DNA of 64,000 bases from an uncultured Planctomycetota bacterium (lineage in GTDB: Bacteria; Planctomycetota; Planctomycetia; Isosphaerales; Isosphaeraceae), in assembly GCA_963845755.1 (NCBI GenBank), contig CAWJTV010000015.1:192001-256000 (forward strand), in the 5' to 3' direction. The stretch's first letter is position 1. Every line of letters starts with the position of its first letter. Positions 1-12,048 of the stretch are shown here, in pieces. The position numbers were made by a program, and so were the translations under genes. A model generated the notes under the pieces. That model was not told the DNA's origin. It made no database searches and saw nothing but the letters and a program-made list of their open reading frames with translations.

Positions 1-1407
1 TTCCAGACGGCGTAGCCGATCGCGAGTTCCTCACGGCCGTCGCCGTCGAGGTCGAAGGGGTACGGGATAATGGCCGGTCTGGCCCTGGCCTTGCCACAGA
101 CGTTCCAGGCGATTGTTATAGACCCAGAAGTTGGTGTAGCGGTCCTTGACCATGACATCCTGACGCTTCCCCTGTCCGGAGAGATCCAGGAAGGCCAGCG
201 AGTCGCCGTTGGTCAGCGTGTAAGGCTTCAACCGGTTGTCGACCAGGGCCGGCGGCATCGAGGACGATTGCCGTAGCTTTCCCGTGGCGCCTTCACGGAT
301 CTGGATCTGGAAGTCCTTCACCATGACGACCTCGTTGCGGCCGTCGCCGTCGAGGTCGTGGATCTGGAACGGGGTATCCGCGGTCAGGAGACCGTTGCGC
401 GGGTCCGGCCGGCCCAGTTGCCAGAGCACCTTGCCGTCGAGCGTCACGGCGGTCAGGCAACTGATCTGGATGAAGTTGTCGCCGATCCGCGGGATGTTCT
501 GGGCGATCAGCATCTCGGGCGCGCCGTCGCCGTCGAGGTCGCCGAATCGCGCATTCCGCCCGGCGCCGAATCGCGGGGTGTTGAATGACTTCCAGAGCTT
601 GGGTCGTGGGTTCTCCGCGCGGAGCCGGGTCAGGTCCGCCTCGCGCCGGGCGATCCGGTCGGCGATCGCTTTCTCGACCTCCTCGGATGCCGAGACACGG
701 AAGTCCTGGAACCGCGCGGGGATGTTGGCGGTGACACCCGCCTTCCCGCGAAGCAGCTCGCCGTCGTCGGCGGTGAGGACGAGTTTTCCATCGATGGATG
801 CCTTGATCGCCGAGCCCGCGTTCTCGACTGCCAGATGGTAATAATGCGTCGTGTCGTAGGGGAAGGACACGTTGCCGAGCTCGCGCCACTCCGCCACGCG
901 AAACGTCTTTTCCAGCGGCAGCCGCACGGCCAGGCGGGCCGTTTTCCCGCCGGTGAGAGCGAAAAGGTAATAGTGGCGATTGGTGTGATACCGGAAGACG
1001 ACGCCGGCCATGTCAGCCAGTGACAGCGGCTTCACCTGGACATCAACCGTGTAACTCTCCCACTCGGGATCCCCGGTGATGAAGAGCGGATTCATGATCG
1101 CCGACTGCTCGTTGACCGTGTGCTGCTCCAGGTAGGGCGTGCCGTCCTCGTCGCCGACGGCCCAGGCGTCGAGGTGGCAAATCGCGTTGGCCCACGGCCC
1201 GAGAGGCACGCCCCGGTGCGGCAAGTAATGATACTCCTGGATCGCACCGTTGAGTTGCCCGATCGGCCTGGTCAACCATCCCGGAGGGAAGCGGGAGAAG
1301 TCGTCGCGGAAGAGGTCGGCGCCCTGACAGGGCCATTCCAGCAGTGTGGCGATAAGAGCCGCGGTAAAGGCCCACGAGAGCCTTGTCCTTCTCGGCAGGT
1401 TGACCAT
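1..1407 (-). CDS. Secreted protein with an N-terminal lectin-like domain and FG-GAP-type DxDGDG repeats (rhamnogalacturonan lyase PL11-like); runs off the window
   Basis: Signal peptide; repeated DLDGDG motifs. After a frameshift near 66 the frame continues YPYPFDLDGDGREELAIGYAVW to the window edge. Confidence 0.6.
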
Positions 1408-1550
1408 GAGCGGCTCCTTGTCGCTTCCCGACTGTTGAGGGGTTTGGAAATCCTCGACCGGTTCGCCATTTTAATGGATCCACCGCCCAGTTCGCCGCAG
1501 TAATAATGATAGAAGTGGTACGGCACACCGAAGCAACGGGAGTCACGATC

Positions 1551-4500
1551 ATGGCCAACGGGAGCCACGGCTCGGCCTTGCGGCAGATCCGCCGGGTCTT
1601 CGATGAGGGGACACTCGCCGGACTGAGCGAGGGACAGCTCCTGGAACGGTTCGTCAACCGACTCGACGAGGCCGCGTTCGAGGCGATCCTGGCGCGGTAC
1701 GGTCCGATGGTCCTGGGCGTGTGCCGGCGGTTCCTGCACCAGTCGCACGACATCGAGGACGCCTTTCAGGCGACGTTCCTCATCCTGGTCCGGCGGGCCA
1801 AGTCGCTGCGGGATCGTGACCTGCTGGGACACTGGCTCTATGGGGTGGCTTATCGGGTCGCGGTCCGGGCGCGGGCACAGGCCGTTTTGCGTCGATTACG
1901 GGAAGGCTCGGCGGTCAAGGATGTCGCCGTGGTCGCCGACTCTGCCGCCGAATCCGACTGGCAAGAGTTGAATCCCTTGCTCGACGCGGAGATCAACCGG
2001 CTTCCCGAGCGGTTCCGCGCGCCGATCGTGCTCTGTCTGATCGAGGACCGTACGCACGAAGAGGCGGCCCGCGCGCTGGGCTGGCCGGTGGGCACGGTCA
2101 AGAGCCGCCTGGCACGAGGGCGAGAGCGGCTGCGGTCGCGATTGGCCCGACTGGGTCTTGCGCCATCGGCAGCGCTCCTGGCGTTTGCCGTGGCTCCTGA
2201 TCCGGTTCGCGCGGCGGTCCCGTCGGCCCTGGCCCAGGTCACACTCCAGGCCGCGCGACGGATCGCCGCCGGACGCGCCCTGCTCGGAGCGTCGTCGGCT
2301 GTCGCACTGGCCAGAGGCGTACTCCGGTCGCTGGCGCTGGCCCGACTCGGCGTCGCTGCCCTGGTCCTCTTCGCGGTCGCGGCCGCCGGGATGGTCGTCG
2401 CTGGTACGCTCCGAGCGACTGCTGAGTCCGAGTCAACGGCCGCCCCACCCGCGCCCATCACCCCCGTGCCCTCTGGACAGGCCGCGCCGCCTCGGGCCGA
2501 GGCGCGGACCCTCGATCTCCACGTCATCGCACGCAAGACGCGCCAGCCCGTTCCCGGTGCGGTTGTGTTTATTGAGGGTCGCCGGAAGGAGAGCTCCACA
2601 ACCGACGCACAGGGCCGCTGCGCAATCGCACTGCCGAAGATTCCGAGTCGGGATGACTTCAACATCTCCGTCTGGAAAGACGGATTCGCTCCGTTGAACA
2701 TCCATTGCACCGGGTACGACCTGATCGATGATACCTTCACGAATTACACGGCTGAACTCGAACCGGCGGTGGCGATCGGCGGAACGGTCCAGGACGAGCA
2801 GGGGCATCCCATCGCCGGCGCCAGGATCCGGATCCGGCTACAGCATTTTCCGGCCCAGCTCATCAACCCGGCCCAGTCCCTGAATGATCGCGACTCCATC
2901 GAGATTGGGGTCTCCGACCCGATCGAGACCGATGCGGCCGGCCGATGGCGGCTGGGAATGTTTCCGGCCGATTTCCGGGCTAGCGAGCCTCTCAGCATCG
3001 AGGTGTCCCATCCCGACTATGTGTCCGACGTCACCCAGCCCCGGCCGAATCCCCCGCTCGAGGACCTGCGCAATCAATCGGCGATCCACGTGATGACGAA
3101 AGGGCTTCCCGTGCGCGGGACCGTGCTGGACCCGGCGGGAAAGCCAGTCGAGGGCGCAGGCGCTCATCCTGGCCTGGAGCCGGTCGAACGAGTATGAGCG
3201 GTATACCACGACGACGGATGCCGCCGGCCGGTTCGCATTCGGGCAGGCCCGGGCCGGCGAGCAGGTGCTCTGTGTCCGGTCCGATCGGTTCGCACCGACT
3301 CTCGACGAGATCGCTGTCGGCCCCGACTTCAAACCGATGACGATCCGTCTCCAGCCCGGCCGGAAAATCGAGGGACGCGTGATCGACACGCAAAATCAAC
3401 CGGTCGAGGGAGCCAGGCTCATCGTCGCGGAATGGCGGAGCCGGAATATCCTCGACTGGAAGGCCAAGTCGGACGCTCATGGTCGCTTCGTGTGGGAGAA
3501 CGCGCCGAAGGATCCGTTCACGCTCTCCGTTTTCTGGCAAATCGGCCAGAAGCCGGTCGCCGCCGGCTCCGCGCCGACGATGGTCGTGATCCGGGTGAAG
3601 CCAGAACTTAAACTCGAGGGGACCGTCGTGGATGCGACGACGGGCCGCCCCGTGGAGCGGTTCCGCATGATCCGCGGCTTCACCGAAGACCATCCCCGCG
3701 GCGTTCGCCCGAGGCTTCCCGACGAGCGCGAACGCCCGCAATGGCAATACGAAGATCCCCGGACCTTCGACAACGGCCGCTTCGAGGTCGGTTTCGGCCG
3801 TTATGATCGCATCCGCTCATCCGCCCAGTTCGCCAAGGTTGAGGCCGAGGGCTACATCCCGGAAATCTCGCGAAGCTATCAGTACGACGAAGGGCGCCAG
3901 ACGTGGCACGTCCGCCTCGAACGCTCACCCGGCATCTCGGGTATCATTCGTCTAGCCGACGGTTCACCCATAGCGGGCGCCGACGTGATCCTCGTCACGC
4001 GGACGGAGGATCTGACGGTCCGCAACGGGCACCTCGACCCCAAGCACACCCACGCCGACCGGCGTCGGACCGGAGCCGATGGGCGATTCTGGTTCGCCAG
4101 GCCGGACGAGCCGTTCCTGGTGGCGGTGCTGTCGGATCACGGGTTCGCCGTCCGGACGCCGGAAGAGATGGCCGCTGGCCAGGCCGTGACGCTCCAGCCC
4201 TGGGGTCGCATCGAGGGCGTGCTGCGCGTAGGCTCTCAACTCGGGGCCGGCGAACAGGTCGAGGCCTCCGTCCCCTTCGCCAGGACGGACACGACGTGGA
4301 TCAATTTTCAGTATGATGTGAAGACCAATAATCAGGGACGATTTATCCTGGATCGCGTGCTCCCGGGTGGTCTCTCCCTGGACCGAAAGGTCGCATTTCC
4401 AGAGGCCCTGCTGCCCAACAGCCATTTGGCGTATATCGAAATTCAACCGGGAGCCACTGTCGCGGTGACGCTCGGCACCACCGGCCGGCCGATCGTGGGA

Positions 4501-5346
4501 CGCCTGGTCCTTCCCCAGGATACCGGTCCCCAAGCCGGCTTCGCTAACGGCTCGTGCATGCTGATCCGCAATTTGCCACCACCTTATCCCAAGGAGATCC
4601 TCGGTGGGGACATGGTGCGCTTCCGTTCCTGGTGGGGTCGGTTTCGCGAGACCGAGGCGGGCCGGGACTACGCACGGCGAGCACGCGCTTACTCCGCGCT
4701 GGTCGCCGCCGATGGGACCTTCCGGATTGAAAATGTCGAGCCCGGCTCCTACGAGCTGAGATTCGGTGTCCCGCATATCCGGATTGGCGGGGAGGGGAGA
4801 GTCTGGACCACTCTGTCGGGGCAGGGGCAGCGCGTTGTTGACGTGCCCGAGATCCCAGCCGGGCGCACCGAGGAGCCGCTCGACCTGGGAGGTATCGAGC
4901 TGAAAGTCACGACCAACCGCACGCTCAAGGTCGGCGACATGGCTCCGCCGTTCACGATCAAGTCCCTCGACGGGAAGCCGCTCCGCCTGCTCGCTTATCG
5001 GAGCAAGTTTGTCTTGCTCGCCTTCTGGACGTCCTGGTCTGCCGACTGCCTGACCGAGATGTCTTATTTGAAGGACGTGCACGACGCCTTCGGGTCGGAC
5101 GCCCAATTCGTCCTGATCGGCCTGAGCCTCGACGCGAACGCCGATGCCCCGAGGCAGCTCGTCACCGCCAGGGGACTGAAGTCGGCGCAGGGCCATATCC
5201 CCACCGGTGATCTTTCCGAAGATTACGGCGTGTGGTGGGTCCCGCAGATCCTGCTGATCGGTCCCGACGGCAAGGTGATCGCCAGGGACCTCCGGGGCGA
5301 TCGAATCAAGCAGTCTGTCGCCAAGGCCCTCGGACGGGAACCGTGA
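1551..5346 (+). CDS. Planctomycete-type ECF sigma-70 factor fused to a TM segment, carboxypeptidase-regulatory-like repeats and a C-terminal TlpA/redoxin domain (frameshift near 3160)
   Basis: Sigma2/sigma4 motifs (EDAFQATFLIL, GTVKSRLARGRERLR); repeated G.V.D..G.P+.GA units; C-terminal GDMAPPF...FWTSWSADC...LIGPDGKVIAR. Joins ORFs 1506..3197 and 3265..5346. Confidence 0.8.
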
Positions 5347-5396
5347 GAGGCGCGCCGCGATCGAGTCGGAGCGAGTCATCGTTCTCCTGGCCAACA

Positions 5397-6238
5397 TCAC
5401 GTCGCTTTTCGCACCGCGAAGTAACGCTCCCAGAGCCGACGGATTTGCCGCAGGTGGCTCATGTGGTCGGGTCCGTCGGTCCCGGCGAAGCCGAGGACGA
5501 CGAAGCGACCCTTCGCAAAGGCGCGGGTCTGAGTCCAGCCTGTGGCCCAGTCGACCTTCACCGGATCGGCTCGACCGGCCACGGCGTCGATCAGGAAGTC
5601 GGCGGTCTCGGCTGTGCTCGCATAGCCCTCGGGTATGAGGGCCGAGTGGGTCACCAGGAACGTCTTGCGGCCGGCGGCGGCTTCGAGGGCAAACCGGCGG
5701 AAACCGTCCATCAAGGCCGGGTCCACCTTGTGGTCCTTCGGGTCGCCGGTGTAGCCGCAATAGATCGAGTCGGCCATGATCAGGCCATCGATCCGGTCGA
5801 AGTGCTCGGGCACCTTGAGCAGGGCGCGCACCCCGCCGAACCCCGCGCTGAAGGAACTGACCACGATGCGGCCAATTCTCGGTTCGTCCGCCACTTTCTG
5901 GTCCTTCAGAACGGATCGCGCAGTCGTCGAGCAATCGGGTGAAGAGCGTCGCGTCCGAGAACGGCTCAGCGTAGACGCGCGACAGACCTTTACGATTGAA
6001 CGCGATGAGCACGGCGGGCCATCGGGCATCCACCAGTGCCGGCTCGAGCACCGAAGGCGCACCGTGGAGATGCAGGACCACATCGACTACTCCACCCGTT
6101 CTGGGACGGTATCCCTCGGGGACGAAGAGCATCGCGCCCCTCGACGCCGAGCGGGACGCGACGGCCCGACGTAGACGGCTCCGGTCTCTGGTCCTGAAAG
6201 GCGAGGATCACGCCGACGGCCATACAGAGGAGTGTCAT
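5397..6238 (-). CDS. Secreted alpha/beta-hydrolase-like protein (two frameshifts)
   Basis: Three consecutive frames join: MTLLCMAVG..., VVLHLHG..., then a nucleophile-elbow-like SFSAG and a late His (GPDHMSH). Confidence 0.55.
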
Positions 6239-6246
6239 GTCGGAGG

Positions 6247-6322
6247 GATGAAGGATGAAGGACGAAGGATGAATCATGCCGAAGATCGTCATTGCAGGGA
6301 ACCTCTCTGGGAAGGATGAAGG
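6247..6322 (+). repeat. Short heptamer tandem repeat (GGATGAA)n
   Basis: ggatgaaggatgaaggacgaaggatgaa at ~6247-6273, with another unit at ~6315. Confidence 0.6.
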
Positions 6323-6470
6323 CTAGGAGGGCCCGGTCGAGAGGTCATCATAGTCCGACAGGGCCGCCGCCGGACAGACTCGAACTCGATGGGGAACGTT
6401 GAGTTCTTTGCGCAACGGTCAGTAAGATAGGCGGAAAATGCCTCGTCCTCTCCGAGACAGGGAGTAGCCC

Positions 6471-7238
6471 GTGCCTGATCCGTCCTCCAAGCCGGAATCG
6501 AAGTCACCCGGACCTCGGTCGGCGTCCGGGTCGCCTGCGTCGTCACAGGCACCGAAACCGGCCGCGGCGCCATCCGCTCCGCCGCGGTCCGCGCCGGTCC
6601 GCTCCGCCGCGACGGTACCCGTGAACAATGCCCCCGGCGACCTCCCGATCAGCGTGGCCATCGCGGCAGGTTCCGGGGAGCCCGGCACGGTCACGGCGCG
6701 GAAGGCCGGCGGCCTGCGCGACATGGCCCTGCAAGTGAACCCACGGAACGCCGGCGTCAAGGCGTCGCTCCAACACCTGGCCAAGGCCGTCAACATCGCG
6801 TTTCAGACGGACTTCGGCGAGAACTACCTCGAATCGGTCTACCAGGCGGCGATCGTCCGGCGCGGCGAGGTCCACATCATCCACAAAGAATACTTCGGGT
6901 TTGGCGACAACTGGTTCAGTCAGTTCGGCCGGTTGATCCGTTCGATGCAATTGACGCTCGAAGGACCCGACCCGGCCTCTCCGGAAGGCCAGAAACTGAT
7001 CGCCGAGAAAGGTCCTTCGTCGATCCGCGGCATCTTCAACCTGATCGGCCGCAAGCTCGACCTGGTCGCCGAATATGAAGACCGCGTCCCGGCCTACGTC
7101 GAACAGATGTTCGACCGGCTCGAAGCGTCCGGCATCATCCTCGGCTGGGACCGCAATGATTGGGAGATCTGGACGACCCAGATTGGCCTCGATATCCGGA
7201 TCGCTCCCAAGGCGGAAGGCGCGGTCGAACTCTCGTAG
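6471..7238 (+). CDS. Hypothetical protein with a Pro/Ser/Ala-rich N-terminus
   Basis: 255-aa ORF with a GGAG RBS and host-like codon usage. Confidence 0.65.
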   Translation: MPDPSSKPESKSPGPRSASGSPASSQAPKPAAAPSAPPRSAPVRSAATVPVNNAPGDLPISVAIAAGSGEPGTVTARKAGGLRDMALQVNPRNAGVKASLQHLAKAVNIAFQTDFGENYLESVYQAAIVRRGEVHIIHKEYFGFGDNWFSQFGRLIRSMQLTLEGPDPASPEGQKLIAEKGPSSIRGIFNLIGRKLDLVAEYEDRVPAYVEQMFDRLEASGIILGWDRNDWEIWTTQIGLDIRIAPKAEGAVELS

Positions 7239-7294
7239 CGTGCTCTGTGAGCCACGGATCCTCGTGTCGATAACGATCCTATAACGGATCCTGG

Positions 7295-8193
7295 ATGCCC
7301 GAAACGCGATCTTCGACAACGCACCCGCCTTGGCGCGGAGACCCGATTCCGATCGCGGTGGTCCTGGCTCTGCTCGGCGGCCTCGCGGCCTCGGCTTCCG
7401 AGCCGGTCCGGCTCACCGGGGACGGTGCTCGGAAGATGGCCCCGACGTTCATCGACGGCGGCCAAACCCTTGTGTTCGCGACGCACGAACGACCGAACCT
7501 GGTGTCCCTCGTGCAGGTTTCGTGTCGTGATGGGACACGCGAGCGCGTGCTGCCCAAGGTCGTCAACCACCAGCTCGACCCAGCATTCTCGTCGGACGGC
7601 CGCTTCCTCGCCTATTCCCGGACGGCGACCAGTCCCCACAGCGATCTGATCATCCGCGACCGTCGCGAGCAACGTGAAGTGACGTTCCGCCCCCAGGATT
7701 CGCGCCAACCGTTCGATATCCCTGCTTCGCGCCCGATGGCTCCCGCGTGGTCTTCAGCGTCTCCGACGTCGGCGGTCAACAGGTCGCAACCGTCAACCGG
7801 AAGGGTCAGGGGTTCACGGTGCTCGCTCCCTCGGGGGGCATCAGCGGTTGGCCGGCCTACTCGCCCAGCGGGAGGGCGATCGCCTTCTCCTCCAGCCGAG
7901 ACGGCGACCTGGAACTCTACGTGATGGATGCCGATGGCAATCACCTCCGGCGCCTCACTCGCAGCCTCGGCCGCGACGTGCGGCCCGCCTGGTCGCCGGA
8001 CGGTAACCGGATCGCGTTTACCAGCAGCCGCGATGGCGATGAGGAGATCTACGTTATCGACGTCGACGGCGCACATCCGCGGAACCTGACCCGCCATCCC
8101 GGACGCGATAGCGACCCCGGCCTGGCACCCCGATGGACGTCGACTCGCCTTCGTGTCGGATCGCGATGGGCAGTCAGATATCTATCTGATTGA
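7295..8193 (+). CDS. TolB-like PD40 beta-propeller protein (frameshifted)
   Basis: Repeated [30 protein letters not shown] motifs across ORFs 7295..7924 and 7747..8193. Confidence 0.75.
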
Positions 8194-8483
8194 AGTCGTG
8201 CCGGCAGCGCCGGACACACCTCGCTCGCCCTGAGGAGCCGCTTCGTCCATGCTATCTCGCAGTCCATGGGATTCCCGAACGCGATAAGTATGGTCATGTG
8301 AATACGTGAAGTCTCATATGGATCGACCCTGGATTCGGACGTTCCGGACGGTCAACCGGCTCCCTGTGTCCGATCAAGCAGCGGTTTACCCCGAGCCGCG
8401 GAATCAGTAGCATCGAAGGAAAGGTCGCCTGACAAGCGGCTGCCGTATCGACGCTTCAATCGACCTGGATCGCGAGTCGGGAA

Positions 8484-9050
8484 ATGGTCGGAGTGACCCC
8501 GGAACAGGCCCGTGATTTCTACCGCGCCGCGGCGAACTTCCATCGCCAGGAGCCCTGGCGATCGGTCACTTCGAGCGAGACCATCAGGGTGGATTGCGTG
8601 CAACTGGGGGGCGGTCCCTGGTACGCAGTTGTCTTGGGGAAAGAGAGCCGCCTCAGGGGATTGATGCTGTTCGATGTCCAGGAGAGCCCCCTGTTAATCG
8701 GACGCGCCGACTGCGCGACGATCGCCGACCGGCTTCGGAATATCGGTGTCCATTTCGAGGATCGGAAGCAGGTGCGTCCGGAGGAGCTGGCGGCGATCCG
8801 TCGGCACGGGTTTGAGGTGGCCGGTCCGGGTGCCTACCCGCAGTCATTTCGCATGGAACAGCGCCGACGATTCCGATCGCCGGTCGCCTGGGAACTGGAA
8901 CTGCTCGAGGCCTGCCTCTGGACGATCCCCGACTTCCTCGAGCGCGCCAAGGACCGCGCGCCCGATGTCCTGGAATATGCCTTCAAGGGGATGATCGGTC
9001 GGATGACGTTCGATCTCTCGTGGGTCTCTCGGAAAGCTTCGGAAGGATGA
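8484..9050 (+). CDS. Hypothetical protein, possibly N-terminally truncated
   Basis: 188-aa ORF with globular composition; no family recognised with certainty. Confidence 0.5.
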   Translation: MVGVTPEQARDFYRAAANFHRQEPWRSVTSSETIRVDCVQLGGGPWYAVVLGKESRLRGLMLFDVQESPLLIGRADCATIADRLRNIGVHFEDRKQVRPEELAAIRRHGFEVAGPGAYPQSFRMEQRRRFRSPVAWELELLEACLWTIPDFLERAKDRAPDVLEYAFKGMIGRMTFDLSWVSRKASEG

Positions 9051-9066
9051 AGGAGGAGCGCGTGCC

Positions 9067-9705
9067 ATGTCCGAGATTCGAGCGTTGTGGATTGAGGTCG
9101 AGGGAGGGAAAGTCCACTATCGGGTCACGGGGCAAGAGAGCGGCCGACCGGTCGTCCTGCTCCATGGAGCCAGCTTCACGTCGGCGACCTGGGAAGAAAT
9201 TGGCACGTTGGAAGCACTGGCCCAGGCCGGTTATCGCGTCTATGCCTTGGACCTGCCGGGCTTCGGCCAGTCGTCGCCATCGCACGGTTCGGCCCGCACC
9301 TGGCTGAGGATCCTTCTCGACCTGCTGAAGATCGACCGCCCCGTGATTGTCTCGCCGTCGATGAGCGGGCGCTTCTCGCTCCCATTGGTTACCGAGGACC
9401 CCGATCGCGTCTCGGGCTTCGTGGCGGTCGCACCCGTGGGAATTACGAGCTTCGCCAATCAGCTCTATCGGATCTCCGCGCCGGTGCTGGCGATCTGGGG
9501 CCAGAAGGATACCCTCATCCCCCAGGAACAGGCCGATCTGCTGGTGCGGGCCGTCCGGGTCGGCCGCAAGGTCGTCATCCGCGGCGGCAGCCATGCACCC
9601 TACGTGAGCGACCTAAAGACCTTCCACGCGAGATTGCTCGAGTTCCTGGGCGGCCTGCCCGGGAAGGTCAACCATCCCGATCCCGGCCGGCGCCCTGCTC
9701 ATTAA
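9067..9705 (+). CDS. Alpha/beta fold hydrolase (ABHD14-like)
   Basis: LLHGASF, DLPGFGQS, SPSMSG nucleophile, WGQKD and GSHAPY motifs; GGAG RBS. Confidence 0.85.
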   Translation: MSEIRALWIEVEGGKVHYRVTGQESGRPVVLLHGASFTSATWEEIGTLEALAQAGYRVYALDLPGFGQSSPSHGSARTWLRILLDLLKIDRPVIVSPSMSGRFSLPLVTEDPDRVSGFVAVAPVGITSFANQLYRISAPVLAIWGQKDTLIPQEQADLLVRAVRVGRKVVIRGGSHAPYVSDLKTFHARLLEFLGGLPGKVNHPDPGRRPAH

Positions 9706-9820
9706 TCCGGCTACTTTCGATGGCCTTGACCGCCTCGCTCGGTCGTCTAACACTGAAGAGGGTGTCTGGACCTTTCGCGTTTCCATCCTCATGCGCTCTG
9801 GGAGCCGGGAAGTGATCGCC

Positions 9821-10522
9821 ATGCAGCCGCTGTGGGTCGTGACTGCCGGGACGCTAGGGCTCGTTCTCGGAGTGGCCTCGTACGGCGACGAGCAGGAGAT
9901 CAAGTTCTCCGACTGCCCCGCCGCCGTGAGGAAGACGTTTGAATCCGAAGGACACGGGGCGAAGATCAAGACCGTCATGAAGGAGACGGATGAAGATAAC
10001 GAGACGATCTACTGGGCCGACGTGACCGTCAAGGGCAAGATGTATGCGGTCGGCGTCCTGGAGGACGGCACACTGACCGAGATGAACCTGGCTCTCGACG
10101 CGGAAGAGCACCCGTTCGACCGTTGCCCGGCGCCTGTCCAGGCGACGTTGCGTCATGAGGCGTTCGGCCAGAAAGTGGGCGACGTCGGCAAGGATATCAA
10201 GTACGGCGTGACGATCTACCAGACCGTCGTCGTTTACCGAGGCAAGTCGTACGAGATCGTGGTCGCCGAAGATGGGACCCTGGTGGAAAAAGTCCTGGTG
10301 ATCGAGGACGAGGAGGTCGAGGTGGACAAGTGCCCCACCGCCGTGCAGGCCACCCTGCGCGCCCACGCCGAGGGCGGGACCATCGGCGAGATTACTCGCG
10401 CCACCGGCATCGGTCAACCCACGTTCGAGGCCGAGATCAAGATCAAGTCCAAGGTCTACCTGGTCGAGATCGCCGAGAGTGGACTCTTGATCTCCAAGTC
10501 GCTCGAGGCCGGCGAGGAATGA
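9821..10522 (+). CDS. Secreted protein with three PepSY/BLIP-like repeats
   Basis: Signal peptide plus three CPAAV..T...Y.+.V.EDGTL repeats. Confidence 0.7.
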   Translation: MQPLWVVTAGTLGLVLGVASYGDEQEIKFSDCPAAVRKTFESEGHGAKIKTVMKETDEDNETIYWADVTVKGKMYAVGVLEDGTLTEMNLALDAEEHPFDRCPAPVQATLRHEAFGQKVGDVGKDIKYGVTIYQTVVVYRGKSYEIVVAEDGTLVEKVLVIEDEEVEVDKCPTAVQATLRAHAEGGTIGEITRATGIGQPTFEAEIKIKSKVYLVEIAESGLLISKSLEAGEE

Positions 10523-10563
10523 AGACAACTCGGCCCGAAGGCCTTCGAGGTTCCCGCCGCCCG

Positions 10564-11511
10564 CTATCGGATCGAAAGCGCGACGTTCAGCTCCTGGATC
10601 GCTCGCTGGATGTGTCCGCCCACCCAGGCGTGTCCTGATGTATTGGTCCCCTGGTTATTGAGCTGCATATTGATTCCCTGCAAGGTGCGGAGGGCCTGAC
10701 TCATCCGGGCGTCGGATTGGGCCTGGGGCATGCGGCTGAGCTTGGACGTACGGCCACCGGCCCCTAAACCGGCTCGTCCCATCCCCATGCCCCGTCCGCT
10801 ATTCATGCCGGACGCGAAGCCCACGCCGTTATACACCATCGACCGGTGGGTGAGCTGTCGGATGGCCATCGAGATCGCATGCATCGCCCGCGCTCGGTGC
10901 CCCGCGTAGTCGTGATCGATCCGCGCGAGGTTCGCGTGGACAGATCGCAACCGGCCGATCAGTGCGCGGTTGTAGCCCTGGGACCGGCCGTAACCGTAGC
11001 CCCGTCCATAAGAACGGTTGCGGTAGCCCGACCCGTAGCCGTAGGCGCGGTAGCCGCGAGCATTGTTCCCCATCCCATAGGTATAACGGTTTGGGGCAAG
11101 GCTGCTGGCCGTGGTACCCGTCGTGTTCGCGACGCTGGTCCTGCTCGCATTGAGGGTGCCCGTGGTGGCCTGCCGCCGTGCCGCCGCCGTCGCAAGGTTG
11201 GTATAAGACTGTGCGTGAATTGAACGCGTCTGAGCGTTAGTCGCGCGAGCTTGCGTATTGTACGCCGGGGCCTGCGCGTTGCCGACTCGCGTCTGCGCCC
11301 GAGCGCCGTTGCGCGCGCACGGGGCCATCGCGCGAGGCATTCGCGGTGCCTTGTAGGACTGTCGGGGCGCATTAACATGCGGAGCCCGTTCGACCCGGCC
11401 CCCCGAATGGCCGCCCCGCGACTTCTGGGCGTTGGCCTCTGGAAAGGCCAGCAGAGCAAACAGTAGCGCCACCGGCAACAGCCCGCGAATCCGGCTCGAT
11501 TGTGTGTTCAT
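10564..11511 (-). CDS. Secreted Gly/Arg/Tyr-rich hypothetical protein
   Basis: Signal peptide, low-complexity middle region, helical C-terminus with HDYAGHRARA. Confidence 0.6.
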   Translation of the reverse strand: MNTQSSRIRGLLPVALLFALLAFPEANAQKSRGGHSGGRVERAPHVNAPRQSYKAPRMPRAMAPCARNGARAQTRVGNAQAPAYNTQARATNAQTRSIHAQSYTNLATAAARRQATTGTLNASRTSVANTTGTTASSLAPNRYTYGMGNNARGYRAYGYGSGYRNRSYGRGYGYGRSQGYNRALIGRLRSVHANLARIDHDYAGHRARAMHAISMAIRQLTHRSMVYNGVGFASGMNSGRGMGMGRAGLGAGGRTSKLSRMPQAQSDARMSQALRTLQGINMQLNNQGTNTSGHAWVGGHIQRAIQELNVALSIR

Positions 11512-11721
11512 GGGAATCGTCCCAACTTTTTGTGACGCCCGAACGGTCCCGGAGGGCCCCCGCCTGACTGCCGCGCATCTCACTGGGACCGCGTTCTTCC
11601 CTCGTCTTGTACCGTGGCGGCACCTGAAGTATCTAACCCTCGAACCGGCCTGCGGTTTCGCCAGGACGCTCCACAGACGGCCCGAATCAGCCCGAGATTG
11701 GGCGGCGGATCCGGATGTCTC

Positions 11722-12048
11722 TCATCCTCCGCCGGCGATGGCGTTCAATCCCTTTCGAACCTCGTCGACCTCCGGTCGGGCCGATTGCTGGACGACCTGG
11801 CCATCCTTCAGGAAGACCAGGTTGGGCCAGATCTTCACTCGGAACGATCGCCCGAGCGGCTGGCCGGGACCGTCCTCGATTCGAATGTGGCGAATCCCCG
11901 GGTAGTCGCGCAGGAGCCCGGACAACTTGGGTGCCAGCGCCTTGCAGAACGGACACCAACTCGCGCCGAACTCCAGCAGGACCGGGCCTTGGGTCCGGTC
12001 GATCTCGTCTCGAGTGGGTTCGGTTTCCTGCGGGTCTTCTTCGGGCAT
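11722..12048 (-). CDS. Thioredoxin family protein
   Basis: WCPFC active site; 108 aa; GGAG RBS. Confidence 0.85.
   Translation of the reverse strand: MPEEDPQETEPTRDEIDRTQGPVLLEFGASWCPFCKALAPKLSGLLRDYPGIRHIRIEDGPGQPLGRSFRVKIWPNLVFLKDGQVVQQSARPEVDEVRKGLNAIAGGG

Noticed and set aside
3964..6132. 722-aa minus-strand ORF and similar long antisense ORFs (12060..13451, 15009..16322, 53596..54795)
   Set aside because: These are shadow frames of GC-rich genes with no motifs. Only the first ~70 codons of 3964..6132 belong to the real frameshifted gene.
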